In this document: piece by piece, positions 8,143-18,600 of the stretch | Position numbering within the stretch: the first letter of the stretch is position 1 | Layout of the letters: each line of letters opens with the position of its first letter | Source of the DNA: an uncultured Planctomycetales bacterium | GTDB lineage: Bacteria; Planctomycetota; Phycisphaerae; UBA1845; Fen-1342 | Assembly: GCA_964647015.1 (NCBI GenBank) | Contig: CAZYGM010000001.1 | Span: 1 to 56,204, forward strand | Direction: 5' to 3' | DNA length: 56,204 bases | Notes under the pieces: model-generated | Databases searched by the model: none | What the model was told of the DNA's origin: nothing | The model's input: the letters and a program-made list of their open reading frames with translations, nothing else | Position numbers and translations under genes: made by a program

Positions 8143-9084
8143 GTGGTTGCTCGCCTGTCGCGCGGCGTCGCAGGCTGGCCGGACAGAGTCAAAACGCGCC
8201 GCGGCCGGTGGAACGAGCAGGCGTCGGCCCCCGGGTTGCGTTGTTTCGTTGCAGGCAAAGGAACAGGTGTGGCTTGGCTCGAAGCTAATGGCACGATCGT
8301 TAGTCGTGACTGCCCGCTTTGTGGTGCCTCGGGTGGGCGAGAAGTCATGCGCAGCGCGGCTTGGCGGTTGCTGGAGTGCGGGTGCTGCGCGATGGTCTAC
8401 ATGCCCGAAATCCCGGCGCGGGAAGCGGCCGAGACCAGCTTCGACTGGGCCGGCTCATTCAAACGGGAGCGCATACGGCGCTGGCTGTCCAGCCCGTTTG
8501 CGCGACTCTGGACGGCCGCCTTCTTGGCCTTGAAGCCCAATCGCGAACGCCGCGCCCTGCGGCGCATTCGCCGCCACGCTCCGGCGGCCGGTCAGTTCCT
8601 TGACATCGGCGCCGGCGATGGCCGCCTCGCGGCGGCCGCCCAGGCCGCAGGATATGCGGTCACCTGCATCGAGCTTTCTCCGGTCATGGCAGCCAAAGCC
8701 GCCAGGCGCGTGGGGAATGCGCATGTTCTCGTCGGGCGTCTTGGGGACTTCGCGCTGGGACGTTTCCAGGTAGTGGTGGCGATCAGCATGCTTGAGCATG
8801 ACCCCGAGCCGGGCCGACTGCTGCGCATGGTCCGCGGCATACTCGATTTGGACGGCGTGCTCATCCTGAAAGTTCCGAATTTCGCCAGTTACCTGCGCCG
8901 CATACGGGGCAGGCGCTGGTCCGGATTTCGCTGGCCTGACCACGTCCAGTACTTCACTCCCGCCAGCCTGCGTCTGATGGTCGAACGCGCGGGTCTCGAA
9001 GTCACGTGGCTCGAAGCCAGGCCCCTGAGCGACAACATTTGGCTGGCGGCGCGTCATCCGCAAACAGCGGCCCTCTCCGACTGA
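8143..9084 (+). CDS. Class I SAM-dependent methyltransferase with N-terminal Cys4 motif
   Basis: SAM motif I FLDIGAGDGRLA, preceded by CPLCG...CGCC. A likelier start is GTG 8269 (AAGGA 6 nt upstream). Confidence 0.7.
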   Translation: MVARLSRGVAGWPDRVKTRRGRWNEQASAPGLRCFVAGKGTGVAWLEANGTIVSRDCPLCGASGGREVMRSAAWRLLECGCCAMVYMPEIPAREAAETSFDWAGSFKRERIRRWLSSPFARLWTAAFLALKPNRERRALRRIRRHAPAAGQFLDIGAGDGRLAAAAQAAGYAVTCIELSPVMAAKAARRVGNAHVLVGRLGDFALGRFQVVVAISMLEHDPEPGRLLRMVRGILDLDGVLILKVPNFASYLRRIRGRRWSGFRWPDHVQYFTPASLRLMVERAGLEVTWLEARPLSDNIWLAARHPQTAALSD

Positions 9085-9405
9085 CGCAGCGCGGAGCGGG
9101 CCGATACGTCGCGGCATCGCGCGCTGCGCGCGGCGGGCATGCCACCCCGACTGCAACCAGGCCGCCACCGCGCGGCGTCGCTTGCCCAGAAGCACCTGCA
9201 CGTTCGGCTCTCAAGGATGTGCTATTGGACCGGGCGCACTTGGCCCCTTGCAAGCGGCCGCCGCCGCCGCCAGAATGCCCACCGTTATGGAAGCGACCGA
9301 GAACACGCTTGACTCGGACGGCCTGCCTGGCCGACCGATGGTGCAGCACGCGTAGACGCCCGACGCGCCGGAGGAATCCCGTCGTCGGGCGGGAGACCAA
9401 CGGCC

Positions 9406-10728
9406 ATGCCTATTGATACCAGCGAATTCGACGCCGAGGCGCTGTACTCGACCTGGCCGGCGCTCTCAGACGAGGAGCGGGCGGAAGCCTTCGCGCTGCT
9501 CGCGGAAGAGGACGGGCAGAGCTTTTTCATTGGGCTGACGCCGGCGGACCGGGCGGCGTTGCTGGAGCATCTCCCCGATGCCAAGGCGGCGGTGTGGATG
9601 CGCTTCATGGCGCCGGATGACGCCGCTGACGTGCTGCAGGAGGCTGAGCCGGGGCAGCGGCAGCGGCTGCAGGCTATGCTGGACGGGGTTACGCAGCGCG
9701 AGGTGCAAGCGCTGCTGGCCTATGCCGAGGACGAGGCGGGCGGGTTGATGAGCCCGCGCTACGTGCGGCTGCGCCCCGATGTCACCGTGGAAGTCGCAAT
9801 CCGCTATCTGCGTCAGCAAATCCGCAACAACCCGGAAACGCTCTATTACGTGTACGTCCTGGATGCGGGGCAGCACCTGCAAGGAGTGATCTCGTTTCGC
9901 GAGCTGTTCAGCGCGCCGGGGGATGCGCTGGTGGCCGACGTGATGCGGCGGGACCCGGTCTGCGTGCAGGAATCCACGGACCAGGAAGAGGTGGCGCGTC
10001 TGATCGAGCAGCACGACCTGCTGGCCGTGCCGGTGGTGGATGAGGCTGGACGCGTGAAGGGCATTATCACCGTCGATGATATCGTTGACGTGATCAACGA
10101 GGAGGCCACCGAGGACATCCACAAGATCGGCGGTGTGGAAGCCCTCGATGCGCCCTATCTGGACGTAAGTCTGCCGATGATGATCAAGAAGCGCGGCGTG
10201 TGGCTGCTGGTCCTGTTCCTGGGCCAGACGCTGACGGCCACCACGATGGGCTACTTTGAAGACGAGCTGGCGCAGGCGCTGGTCCTGGCGGTGTTCGTGC
10301 CGCTCATTATCAGTAGCGGCGGCAACTCAGGGTCGCAGGCGGCGACGCTGGTTATTCGCGCCATGGCGCTGGCGGAAATCCGCTTGCGTGACTGGTGGCG
10401 CGTCATGCGCCGCGAAGTGGCTTCGGGCCTGATGCTCGGGACGGGTTTGGGCCTGGTCGGCTTCCTGCGCATAGTGCTGTGGCAACGATTGGGCTGGGCG
10501 GACTACGGGCCGCATTTCGTGCTGGTCGGCCTGACGGTTTGGCTGAGCCTGGTTGGGGTGGCGTGTCTGGGGACGGTGACCGGGAGCATGCTGCCGTTCC
10601 TGCTGCGGTTGTTGCGGCTGGACCCGGCGGCCAGCTCGGCCCCGTTCGTCGCGACGCTGGTGGACGTAAGTGGGTTGGTGATCTACTTTACGATTGCGGC
10701 GGCCGTGCTGCATGGGACGCTGCTGTGA
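9406..10728 (+). CDS. mgtE: Magnesium transporter MgtE
   Basis: MgtE N-domain, two CBS repeats, and a C-terminal TM domain with IISSGGNSGSQAATLVIRAMAL. Confidence 0.95.
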   Translation: MPIDTSEFDAEALYSTWPALSDEERAEAFALLAEEDGQSFFIGLTPADRAALLEHLPDAKAAVWMRFMAPDDAADVLQEAEPGQRQRLQAMLDGVTQREVQALLAYAEDEAGGLMSPRYVRLRPDVTVEVAIRYLRQQIRNNPETLYYVYVLDAGQHLQGVISFRELFSAPGDALVADVMRRDPVCVQESTDQEEVARLIEQHDLLAVPVVDEAGRVKGIITVDDIVDVINEEATEDIHKIGGVEALDAPYLDVSLPMMIKKRGVWLLVLFLGQTLTATTMGYFEDELAQALVLAVFVPLIISSGGNSGSQAATLVIRAMALAEIRLRDWWRVMRREVASGLMLGTGLGLVGFLRIVLWQRLGWADYGPHFVLVGLTVWLSLVGVACLGTVTGSMLPFLLRLLRLDPAASSAPFVATLVDVSGLVIYFTIAAAVLHGTLL

Positions 10729-10890
10729 CGGGCGATTCCGGCGGGTAGACTGGCGGCTGGGTAGCCCGGGCCAGGGTGGCCTGGAAATCGCGGTCACGGG
10801 TGTGCGGGTGACTATTTGCGGTAAACATCTGGTGGGTAGTAACTTGTGGACGCGCCGTCGGGTTTTTTGTAGCGGCGTTGGCGATTGAGC

Positions 10891-10924
10891 TTGACTAATG
10901 GAAAAGTGATGGCATAATTGCCAT
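10891..10924 (+). promoter_or_regulatory. Sigma70-like promoter with overlapping palindromic operator of the ars operon
   Basis: TTGACT (10891-10896), 17-nt spacer, ATAATT (10914-10919). The perfect palindrome ATGGCA-TAAT-TGCCAT (10909-10924) covers the -10 box. Confidence 0.55.
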
Positions 10925-10942
10925 ATGCCGATAGAGGAGCGG

Positions 10943-11263
10943 ATGAAGTACTCGAAGGTTCAGTATGAGGCGCGGGCGCGGGTCGCCAAGGCGCTGGCTC
11001 ATCCGAGCCGGCTGATAATCCTGGATGCGATTGCGGACGGTGAGCGGTGCGTGTGTGAGTTGACCGAGCTCGTTGGCGCGGACCAATCCACGGTCTCCAA
11101 GCACCTGGCGATCTTGAAGCAGGCCGGGATCATCGATGACCGCAAAGAAGGCTCCAAGACGTTCTACCGACCAAGAATCTGCTGTCTGAAAGGACTTTGG
11201 GAATGCATCGAGGCGGTGCTGAGGGAAAACCTGAAGGCACAGCAGGAGGCGATGGGGCATTGA
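10943..11263 (+). CDS. arsR: ArsR/SmtB family metalloregulator
   Basis: The wHTH carries a CVC metal site: ERCVCELTELVGADQSTVSKHLAILKQAGII. The ATG at 10943 follows GAGGAG. The track start at 10925 would lie at or upstream of the predicted transcription start. Confidence 0.85.
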   Translation: MKYSKVQYEARARVAKALAHPSRLIILDAIADGERCVCELTELVGADQSTVSKHLAILKQAGIIDDRKEGSKTFYRPRICCLKGLWECIEAVLRENLKAQQEAMGH

Positions 11264-11298
11264 GCTCCGCGGCTTTTTCTGCGCCCGGCCATGGTGAG

Positions 11299-12534
11299 AT
11301 GGTCATGTCGCCATCATCGCAGCGGCTGTCGCCCGAGACGCTGCGGACGCTCGCGATCTTGGGTGTGATGGTCGTCGTCTTCCTGCTGGCGTACCTGTCG
11401 CCGTTCCAGGCGTTGCCGGGCGGCGGGCCGCGGATCGTGACGGCGGGGCGTGAAGCCCTGCTGATGCTCCAGGATTACGCGCAGCACCACGTGATTCTGT
11501 GCCTGGTGCCGGCACTCTTCATCGCCGGTGCGATTTCCTGCTTCGTCTCGCAGGCCGCGGTGATGAAGTACCTGGGGCCGACGGCGAACAAGCTCTTGGC
11601 TTATGGCGTGGCTTCGGTATCCGGGACGATCCTGGCGGTTTGTTCGTGCACGGTGTTGCCGCTGTTCGCGGGGATCTGGACGCGCGGTGCGGGGCTGGGG
11701 CCGGCGGCGGCGTTTCTGTACTCCGGGCCAGCCATCAACGTGCTGGCGATCATACTGACGGCGCGCATCCTGGGCTGGGAGCTGGGCGTGGCCCGGGCCG
11801 GTGCCGCTATCGGGTTCAGCCTGATTGTCGGCCTGCTGATGCACTTGATCTACCGCAAGGAGGAGCGGGCCAAGGCGGAGGCAGCGAAGGCCGCCGGTGG
11901 GTTTGTCGTGCCGGATGGTACGGTGGAGCGGCCGCTATGGAAGACGGCCAGCTACTTCGGGGCCATGATCGGCATTCTCGTCTTCGCCAACTGGGCCCGG
12001 CCGGCGGCGCCGAACGCCGTTTGGGAGGCCCTGTTCGCCGCCAAGTGGGTCATCACCGGCGTGTTGCTGGTGGCACTGGCGGCGATGCTCAGGTTCTGGT
12101 TCACGCGGGCGGAGCTGAAGCAGTGGGTGGGCAGCACGTGGTTCTTCACGAAGCAGATCATGCCGCTGCTGTTTATCGGCGTGCTGGTGTCCGGCGTGTT
12201 GTTGGGGCGTCCGGGGGAGGAAGCGTTGATCCCCAGTCGCTGGATCGAGCAATCGGTGGGCGGCAACAGCCTGGGGGCGAACTTCTTCGCCGCCTTTGCC
12301 GGCGCGCTGATGTATTTCGCGACGTTGACGGAAGTGCCGATTTTGCAGGGGCTGCTGGGCGCGGGAATGGGCCAGGGTCCGGCGCTGACGCTGCTGCTGG
12401 CGGGGCCGGCGTTGTCGCTGCCGAGCATGCTGGTGATCAGGTCGGTGGTGGGTACGCGCAAGATGTTGGTTTACGTGTTTCTGGTGGCGGTGCTCTCGGC
12501 GGTGGCGGGGCTGCTGTATGGCACGTTCGGGTAG
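11299..12534 (+). CDS. COG0701-type permease (ArsP-like)
   Basis: About 10 TM segments. AVCSCTVLPLF motif, the CxC typical of the ArsP/DUF318 permease family. The ATG at 11299 avoids overlap with arsR. Confidence 0.7.
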   Translation: MVMSPSSQRLSPETLRTLAILGVMVVVFLLAYLSPFQALPGGGPRIVTAGREALLMLQDYAQHHVILCLVPALFIAGAISCFVSQAAVMKYLGPTANKLLAYGVASVSGTILAVCSCTVLPLFAGIWTRGAGLGPAAAFLYSGPAINVLAIILTARILGWELGVARAGAAIGFSLIVGLLMHLIYRKEERAKAEAAKAAGGFVVPDGTVERPLWKTASYFGAMIGILVFANWARPAAPNAVWEALFAAKWVITGVLLVALAAMLRFWFTRAELKQWVGSTWFFTKQIMPLLFIGVLVSGVLLGRPGEEALIPSRWIEQSVGGNSLGANFFAAFAGALMYFATLTEVPILQGLLGAGMGQGPALTLLLAGPALSLPSMLVIRSVVGTRKMLVYVFLVAVLSAVAGLLYGTFG

Positions 12535-12554
12535 TCGTCTGACGAGGACACGAA

Positions 12555-12968
12555 ATGTCGGCAACACCAGGCGGATGTTGTGGCGGTGATGGCGAGACGC
12601 TGATTTTCACCTGTGCCGGCGCGGCCTACAGCGGACAGGTGGCGAATCGGGCCGGCGTGCAGCTCATGGAACAAGGAGCCGGCGGATTGTTTTGCATCGC
12701 GGCGGTTGCGGCGAACATCGGACAGAAGCTGGAGCGTGCCCGCACGGCGGCGCGGCGGGTCGCGCTCGACGGCTGCGAGGATCACTGCGTGCGCAAAGTG
12801 CTGGAGCGGGCCGGCCTGTCGGCGGACGTTCACGTCGTGCTGACGGACATTGGAATTGAGAAGAAGCCGGCGCAGCCGAACATGATCAGCGACGGGAAGA
12901 AGGTTGTTGAGGCGGTGAAGCAGGAGCTGGCCCGCGGCGCGCTGCCAGGGGCCGGCTGCTGTGGTTGA
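12555..12968 (+). CDS. DGC-domain putative zinc-binding protein
   Basis: IFTCAGAAYSGQ...ALDGCEDHC matches the DGC-domain signature. Cys-rich termini (GGCCGG, GAGCCG). Confidence 0.65.
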   Translation: MSATPGGCCGGDGETLIFTCAGAAYSGQVANRAGVQLMEQGAGGLFCIAAVAANIGQKLERARTAARRVALDGCEDHCVRKVLERAGLSADVHVVLTDIGIEKKPAQPNMISDGKKVVEAVKQELARGALPGAGCCG

Positions 12969-12995
12969 ACTGACATAGACAGGCAAAGGTGCCCC

Positions 12996-13241
12996 ATGAA
13001 GATTGAAGTGCTCGGAACCGGTTGTGCGAAGTGCAACATGCTGGAGGCGGTCGCCCGGACGGCGGCGGACAAGCTGGGCCTCGAGTATGAGCTGGTGCAC
13101 GTAAAGGACCTCGGCAAGATCGCGGCGTATGGCGTGATGATGACGCCGGCGCTGGTGATTGACGGTCAGGTGAAGCTGACGGGCAAAGTCCCGAGTGAAG
13201 CCGAGCTGGCCAACCTGCTGAGCAGCGCAGCCGGTGCTTAG
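12996..13241 (+). CDS. Small thioredoxin-fold protein (redox-active disulfide protein 2 family)
   Basis: 81 aa. MKIEVLGTGCAKCNML...MTPALVIDG is the typical GxGCxxC small thioredoxin found next to COG0701 permeases. Confidence 0.8.
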   Translation: MKIEVLGTGCAKCNMLEAVARTAADKLGLEYELVHVKDLGKIAAYGVMMTPALVIDGQVKLTGKVPSEAELANLLSSAAGA

Positions 13242-13257
13242 TATGGAGACGGTCGTG

Positions 13258-13824
13258 ATGCTGACAGTTCGAAAAACGCTGCCGATCGCAGCGCTGGTTG
13301 GGCTGGTACTGGTGCTGTCGGGTTGCGAGCGGACCCCGGCCGCCCCCGCGGACGGACCCGTCGTGGCAGGCCAGGCGGAGGCGCCGGCGCCTGCTGACGT
13401 TGAAACCCCGCAGACGCCGGTGGCCGAGGCGGCCGGCGCTGCGGCGGAGCCGACTCCGACGGTTGCGGCGGAGCCGGCGAGCAGCGCCGCCCCACGCGTC
13501 ATTGCGTATTACTTCCACCGGACGCTGCGTTGCGCGACCTGCCTGTTGATCGAGGAGCAATCGCGCGAAGCGCTGGAGCTTTCACACGGCGAGGAGTTGG
13601 ACTCCGGCCGGCTGGAGTGGCACGCGGTGAACATCGAAATGCCCGACAATGAGCACTTCGAGCAGGAGTACGGGGTGGAGGCGGCGGCGTTGGTGTTGGT
13701 CGAAATGGTCGGCGAGCAGGTGACGCGCTGGGAGATGCTGCCAGAGGTTTGGGACCTGGCCGAGCATCCGCATGAGCTGCAGGAGTATGTGACGATGGAG
13801 ACCGCCTTGTTCCTGGGCGGGTAG
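13258..13824 (+). CDS. Lipoprotein with thioredoxin-like CxxC domain (possibly ArsF-family)
   Basis: Lipobox LVLSGC, a Pro/Ala-rich linker, then IAYYFHRTLRCATCLLIEE (CxxC). The family name is from memory and unverified. Confidence 0.6.
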   Translation: MLTVRKTLPIAALVGLVLVLSGCERTPAAPADGPVVAGQAEAPAPADVETPQTPVAEAAGAAAEPTPTVAAEPASSAAPRVIAYYFHRTLRCATCLLIEEQSREALELSHGEELDSGRLEWHAVNIEMPDNEHFEQEYGVEAAALVLVEMVGEQVTRWEMLPEVWDLAEHPHELQEYVTMETALFLGG

Positions 13825-13898
13825 CCGGCGGCCCCAGGTAGTGCCCTCCATCGGGAGGCCCACGATTGTGTGAGTGCTGCTCGAGTGGTGACCCGACG

Positions 13899-14372
13899 AT
13901 GTTCTTTGCGCTGCTGGCTGCCGGCGGATTGCTGGCGGGCTGGATGGTTTTTCGAGGATTGAAGATGAAGGCTAACAACGTCCTGATCTTGGTCGCAGTG
14001 GTTGTGGTCGTGGCCGGCGTGGCGTGGTTTCAATCGTCGCGCGCGGGATCCAATCCCGATGCGGCGGGGACTGCCGGCGCGTCGGCGACGACGGCCAAGC
14101 TGCCGCGCGTCGTGGACCTGGGCTCTGACAAGTGTATTCCCTGCATACAGATGGCGCCGTTTCTCGCGGAACTGAAGCAGGAATACGCCGGCCGTGCGGT
14201 CATTGAGTTCATAGATGTTCGGAAGTACCCCGCGGCCGGCATACCCTACCAGATCCGCATCATCCCCACGCAGGTCTTCTTCGATGCAGAGGGCAACGAG
14301 GTTTGGCGGCATGAAGGGTTCCTGCCGAAGGAGCAGTTCGTCGCCAAGTTCGCCGAGATGGGAGTGAAGTAG
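13899..14372 (+). CDS. Membrane-anchored thioredoxin (TlpA-like)
   Basis: N-terminal hydrophobic anchors, then DLGSDKCIPCIQMAPFL (CxxC) and a cis-Pro region IIPTQVFFD. The start is uncertain (13866 or 13899). Confidence 0.75.
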   Translation: MFFALLAAGGLLAGWMVFRGLKMKANNVLILVAVVVVVAGVAWFQSSRAGSNPDAAGTAGASATTAKLPRVVDLGSDKCIPCIQMAPFLAELKQEYAGRAVIEFIDVRKYPAAGIPYQIRIIPTQVFFDAEGNEVWRHEGFLPKEQFVAKFAEMGVK

Positions 14373-15053
14373 ATGTTGGAGACGCTGGGCGCGAGGCTGG
14401 CCGAGGTAATCGAAACAAACTTCTGGTTGGCGCCGCTGGCCGCGCTGCTCGGCGGTCTGCTCACGGCGGCCAATCCGTGCGTGCTGGCCGCCGCGCCGCT
14501 GATGGTCGGGTACGTCGCCGGCCAGGAGAACAAGAGCGTCGGTCGCTCGTTCCTGCTGTCGCTCACGTTCGCGATCGGCCTGACGATCATGTTCGCACTG
14601 ATCTGGTTCGGCGTGTGGTCGGCCAGCACGCTCTTGCCGACGAAGTGGTGGGTTTACGTCGCGGCCGTCGTATGCTTCCTGATGGGGCTGCACCTACTAG
14701 GACTTCTGCACTTCACACTCCCGGTGCCGGCGGGCGTGAAGCCGAAACAGAAGGGCGTGATCGGGGCACTCCTGCTGGGGCTACTGTTCGGGCTGATCTC
14801 GCTGCCGTGCGCCGGTCCGGTGCTCGGGGCGCTGATCGTCGTTACCCCCCTGTACGGGATGATGTTCGGAGTTGTGCTGCTGATCGCGTACAGCCTGGGG
14901 CACTGCGGCCTGATCCTGGTCGGCGGGACGTCCATGGGCATGGTCCAGAAGCTGGCCGACTCGAAGGGCTGGAACGTCGGCGCGAACGTCTTGCGGCGCG
15001 TGGCGGGCGTGCTGATCATCGGCGTCGGTGTATGGGTGCTTATCTTCGCCTGA
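14373..15053 (+). CDS. ccdA: Cytochrome c biogenesis/thiol-disulfide transporter CcdA (DsbD core)
   Basis: 6 TM segments. The two half-site cysteines sit in ANPCVLAA and SLPCAGPVLG. The start abuts the thioredoxin stop codon. Confidence 0.85.
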   Translation: MLETLGARLAEVIETNFWLAPLAALLGGLLTAANPCVLAAAPLMVGYVAGQENKSVGRSFLLSLTFAIGLTIMFALIWFGVWSASTLLPTKWWVYVAAVVCFLMGLHLLGLLHFTLPVPAGVKPKQKGVIGALLLGLLFGLISLPCAGPVLGALIVVTPLYGMMFGVVLLIAYSLGHCGLILVGGTSMGMVQKLADSKGWNVGANVLRRVAGVLIIGVGVWVLIFA

Positions 15054-15117
15054 CGGGCGTGGCACGCCGAACGGAACCCGGCGTGTCGACCGCCCCGCAT
15101 GAGGAACGAGGTGCGAC

Positions 15118-15807
15118 ATGCCCGAGGACGTATCACGGCGTGGTTTTCTGAGGACGGTTGGGGCCGCCGTCGCGGCGGGGGCGGTGGCCGGCAGCGCTGC
15201 GCAGGCTGGCGAGGTCCCGCCGGGCGGGCGGAAGATCCGTGTGCTGGGGCTGGCGTGCAGCCCGCGGAAGGGCAAGACGACGGCCGCGGCGGTACGGGTG
15301 GCGCTGGACGCGGCGGCGAAAGTGAGCCCGGAGATAGAGGCGGAACTGATCGAGCTGGCCGGGCTGAACATCCCGGTCTTCGACCCGGTGAACCTTGACC
15401 AGGGTGACTTCGCCGCGCTGGCGCCCCGGCTGTCGGATCCGGCCGTGGGCGGCCTGATTATCGGAACGCCGGTGTACTTCAGCGGCATGTCGTCGCTGTG
15501 CAAGGCGTTCATCGACCAATGCATGGTATTTCGGCGTAACAACTTCGCGTTGAAGAACAAGGTGGGCGGGGTGGTGGCGGTCGGCGGGGTCCGCAACGGC
15601 GGACAGGAACTGGCGATCGAGTCGGTGCAGGCGGCGCTGATGTGCCAGGAGATGATCGTGGTTGGCGACGGCAGTCCGACGGCCCACACGGGCGCCACGG
15701 TTCTGAACGACGGCCAGGATGATATCTCGGGCGATGAGTTCGGCCTGAGCACGGCCCGCAACCTGGGCCGGCGCGTGGCCGAGGTGGCCCTGCAGATGGC
15801 GCGGTAG
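15118..15807 (+). CDS. Tat-signal NAD(P)H-dependent FMN reductase-family flavoprotein
   Basis: Twin-arginine signal SRRGFLRTVGAAVAAGAVAGSAAQA. FMN_red core: GLACSPRKGKTT, IIGTPVYFSGMS, VGGVRNGGQE. Confidence 0.75.
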   Translation: MPEDVSRRGFLRTVGAAVAAGAVAGSAAQAGEVPPGGRKIRVLGLACSPRKGKTTAAAVRVALDAAAKVSPEIEAELIELAGLNIPVFDPVNLDQGDFAALAPRLSDPAVGGLIIGTPVYFSGMSSLCKAFIDQCMVFRRNNFALKNKVGGVVAVGGVRNGGQELAIESVQAALMCQEMIVVGDGSPTAHTGATVLNDGQDDISGDEFGLSTARNLGRRVAEVALQMAR

Positions 15808-15858
15808 CAGGCGCGGCGCCGTGTGTGAGAACGCGCGTATGCTAGTGGAGCAGGTCTT

Positions 15859-16311
<453 letters not shown>

Positions 16312-16313
16312 CG

Positions 16314-17192
16314 ATGTCTGGTTCGTGTGATGAGAAGGATGGGCAGGCCGTACGCGAGCAGGTGCGCGCGGGCTATGCCGAAGTGGCGCGGGCGGGCGGG
16401 CTGGACGCGGCCGGCGCGGGTTCCGGCTGTTGTTCCGGCAAGTCCTGTTGCGGGCCGGCGGCCGGGGCGGCCGACGCGCTGGCGCAGAAGATCGGCTATG
16501 ACGAAGCCGAACTGGCCGCCTTGCCGGACGGGGCCAACATGGGGCTGTCGTGCGGCAATCCGACGGCCTTGGCGGCGCTCAAGCCGGGCGAAGTCGTGCT
16601 GGATCTTGGCAGCGGCGGCGGGTTCGATTGTTTTCTGGCCGGCCCGCGGGTCGGTCCGACCGGCCGCGTCATCGGCGTGGACATGACGCCGGAGATGGTG
16701 TCCAAGGCGCGGCACAACGTGGCGGCGTATCGCGCGCATAGCGGTCTGGACAACGTTGAGTTTCGGCTGGGGGAGATCGAGCATCTGCCGGTCGCGGACG
16801 GCAGTGTGGACGTGGTTATTTCGAACTGCGTCATCAATCTGTCGCCGGACAAGCGGCAGGTGTGGCGGGAGCTGGCGCGTGTGCTCAAGCCGGGCGGGCG
16901 GGTGGCGGTTTCAGACCTGGCGCTACTGCGGCCGCTGCCGGAGGAGGTGCGGGGCATGGTGGCGGCGCTGGTCGGCTGCATAGCCGGCGCGGTGCTCGTG
17001 GCGGATACGGAGCGTTTTGCCCGTGAGGCCGGCCTGACGGATATCCTCCTGGAGGAGAAGCCGGACTATGTCGCGCATATGACGAGCGTTGCGGACCCGC
17101 TCTATCAGAAGATCGTCGCGGCGCTGCCCGCGGCCGCGAAACTCGGCGACTATGTGACCAGTCTCGATATCTCCGCGCGCAAGCCGCGGTGA
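16314..17192 (+). CDS. arsM: Arsenite S-adenosylmethionine methyltransferase
   Basis: N-terminal Cys cluster [16 protein letters not shown] motif [13 protein letters not shown], and a conserved Cys in LVGCIAGA. Confidence 0.9.
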   Translation: MSGSCDEKDGQAVREQVRAGYAEVARAGGLDAAGAGSGCCSGKSCCGPAAGAADALAQKIGYDEAELAALPDGANMGLSCGNPTALAALKPGEVVLDLGSGGGFDCFLAGPRVGPTGRVIGVDMTPEMVSKARHNVAAYRAHSGLDNVEFRLGEIEHLPVADGSVDVVISNCVINLSPDKRQVWRELARVLKPGGRVAVSDLALLRPLPEEVRGMVAALVGCIAGAVLVADTERFAREAGLTDILLEEKPDYVAHMTSVADPLYQKIVAALPAAAKLGDYVTSLDISARKPR

Positions 17193-17298
17193 GCCCCGGG
17201 CCGGGCCACTCATCCTGACGCGTAGCGCGGGGTGGGACCGGGCTGATCCGAAAGCCGATCAAGCTGGCAACGAGCAGCGCTTGGCGAGGAAGAACGTA

Positions 17299-18402
17299 AT
17301 GAAGCAAGCCAAGAAGCTGAATGTCTTCGAGAAGTACCTGACGGTCTGGGTAGCCCTGTGCATCGTGGGGGGCATCGCCCTGGGCAAGCTGGCCCCCGGC
17401 GTGGCCGAGTCGTTGGACGCCATGGCCATCTACGTGAACGGGGCGCCGGTCGTGTCGATCCCCATTGCCATCGCCCTGTTCTTCATGATGTATCCGATAA
17501 TGGTGAAGATCGACTTCGCCGAGGTGGTCCGGGCCGGCCAGAGCCCGCGGCCCGTCCTGTTGACGCTGGTCGTCAACTGGGCCGTCAAGCCTTTCACCAT
17601 GTTGGCCATTGCCACGCTGTTTCTGGGCCACATCTTCCGCGACTTGATTCCCGGAACGGAGATCGTCAAGGATGGCAGTGAGGTCGAGCTGTGGCGCTCG
17701 TACATCTCCGGGGCGATTCTGCTGGGCATCGCACCCTGCACCGCCATGGTGCTGATGTGGGGCTACCTGGCCCGGGGCAACCAGGGTCATACCCTGGTGA
17801 TGGTGGCCATCAATTCCCTGACGATGCTGGTGCTGTACGGCTTGCTGGGCGGCTGGCTGTTGGGCATCAACCAGATGCCCGTGCCCTGGGAGGCCCTGCT
17901 GCTCTCGATCGGCATCTATGTCGCGCTACCCCTGGTGGCCGGGTACTTCTCGCGCCGGTGGCTCATCCAGGCGAAAGGGACGGCGTGGTTTGAGTCCCGG
18001 TTTCTGCACGTTCTGACGCCCGTGTCGATCATCGCGCTACTGGCGACGCTGGTGCTGCTGTTCAGCTTCAAGGGTGAGACCATCATCGGCAACCCGCTGA
18101 CGATCCTCTGGATCGCCGTCCCCCTGTTCATCCAGACGGTGCTGATCTTCGCCATTACCTACGCCGTTGCGAAGCTCCTGAAGTTCAGCTACGCGGATGC
18201 CGCGCCCTCGGCCATGATCGGGGCGTCGAATCACTTCGAGGTAGCCATCGCCACGGCCACAATGCTGTTCGGCCTGTCCTCCGGAGCCGCGCTGGCAACT
18301 GTGGTAGGGGTACTGATCGAGGTGCCCGTCATGCTGATGCTGGTGAAAGTCTGTGTGAAGACCAAAGGGTGGTTTCCAACGGCCGGGGAAACCGGCTGTT
18401 GA
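17299..18402 (+). CDS. acr3: ACR3 family arsenite efflux transporter
   Basis: 10 TM segments. [13 protein letters not shown]-terminus and the conserved [12 protein letters not shown]. The ATG at 17299 has GAGGA 8 nt upstream. Confidence 0.9.
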   Translation: MKQAKKLNVFEKYLTVWVALCIVGGIALGKLAPGVAESLDAMAIYVNGAPVVSIPIAIALFFMMYPIMVKIDFAEVVRAGQSPRPVLLTLVVNWAVKPFTMLAIATLFLGHIFRDLIPGTEIVKDGSEVELWRSYISGAILLGIAPCTAMVLMWGYLARGNQGHTLVMVAINSLTMLVLYGLLGGWLLGINQMPVPWEALLLSIGIYVALPLVAGYFSRRWLIQAKGTAWFESRFLHVLTPVSIIALLATLVLLFSFKGETIIGNPLTILWIAVPLFIQTVLIFAITYAVAKLLKFSYADAAPSAMIGASNHFEVAIATATMLFGLSSGAALATVVGVLIEVPVMLMLVKVCVKTKGWFPTAGETGC

Positions 18403-18600
18403 AGCAGGAGCATCACGCCTCGCGGAAGTGTCGGTAGCGTATGGAGCCGCCGGGCGCGTCAAGAGCGGGTGTCCCGCGTTCACGGCGGTGCGCCGGCCGC
18501 TGGTCGAACTGCCGGTGCTGATTGGGTTGGTGAACGTGGCATTGTGCTTTCCGAGACCGTACCTTCGGGACCCGACGGCACTTGTTGAGGAGGTGTGCGT

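Noticed and set aside
9085-9405. Possible M-box (Mg2+) riboswitch upstream of mgtE
   Set aside because: I could not recognise the M-box conserved core. The only feature is a 9-bp hairpin (CGCCCGACG 9357-9365 / CGTCGGGCG 9383-9391) just before the SD, which is not diagnostic on its own.
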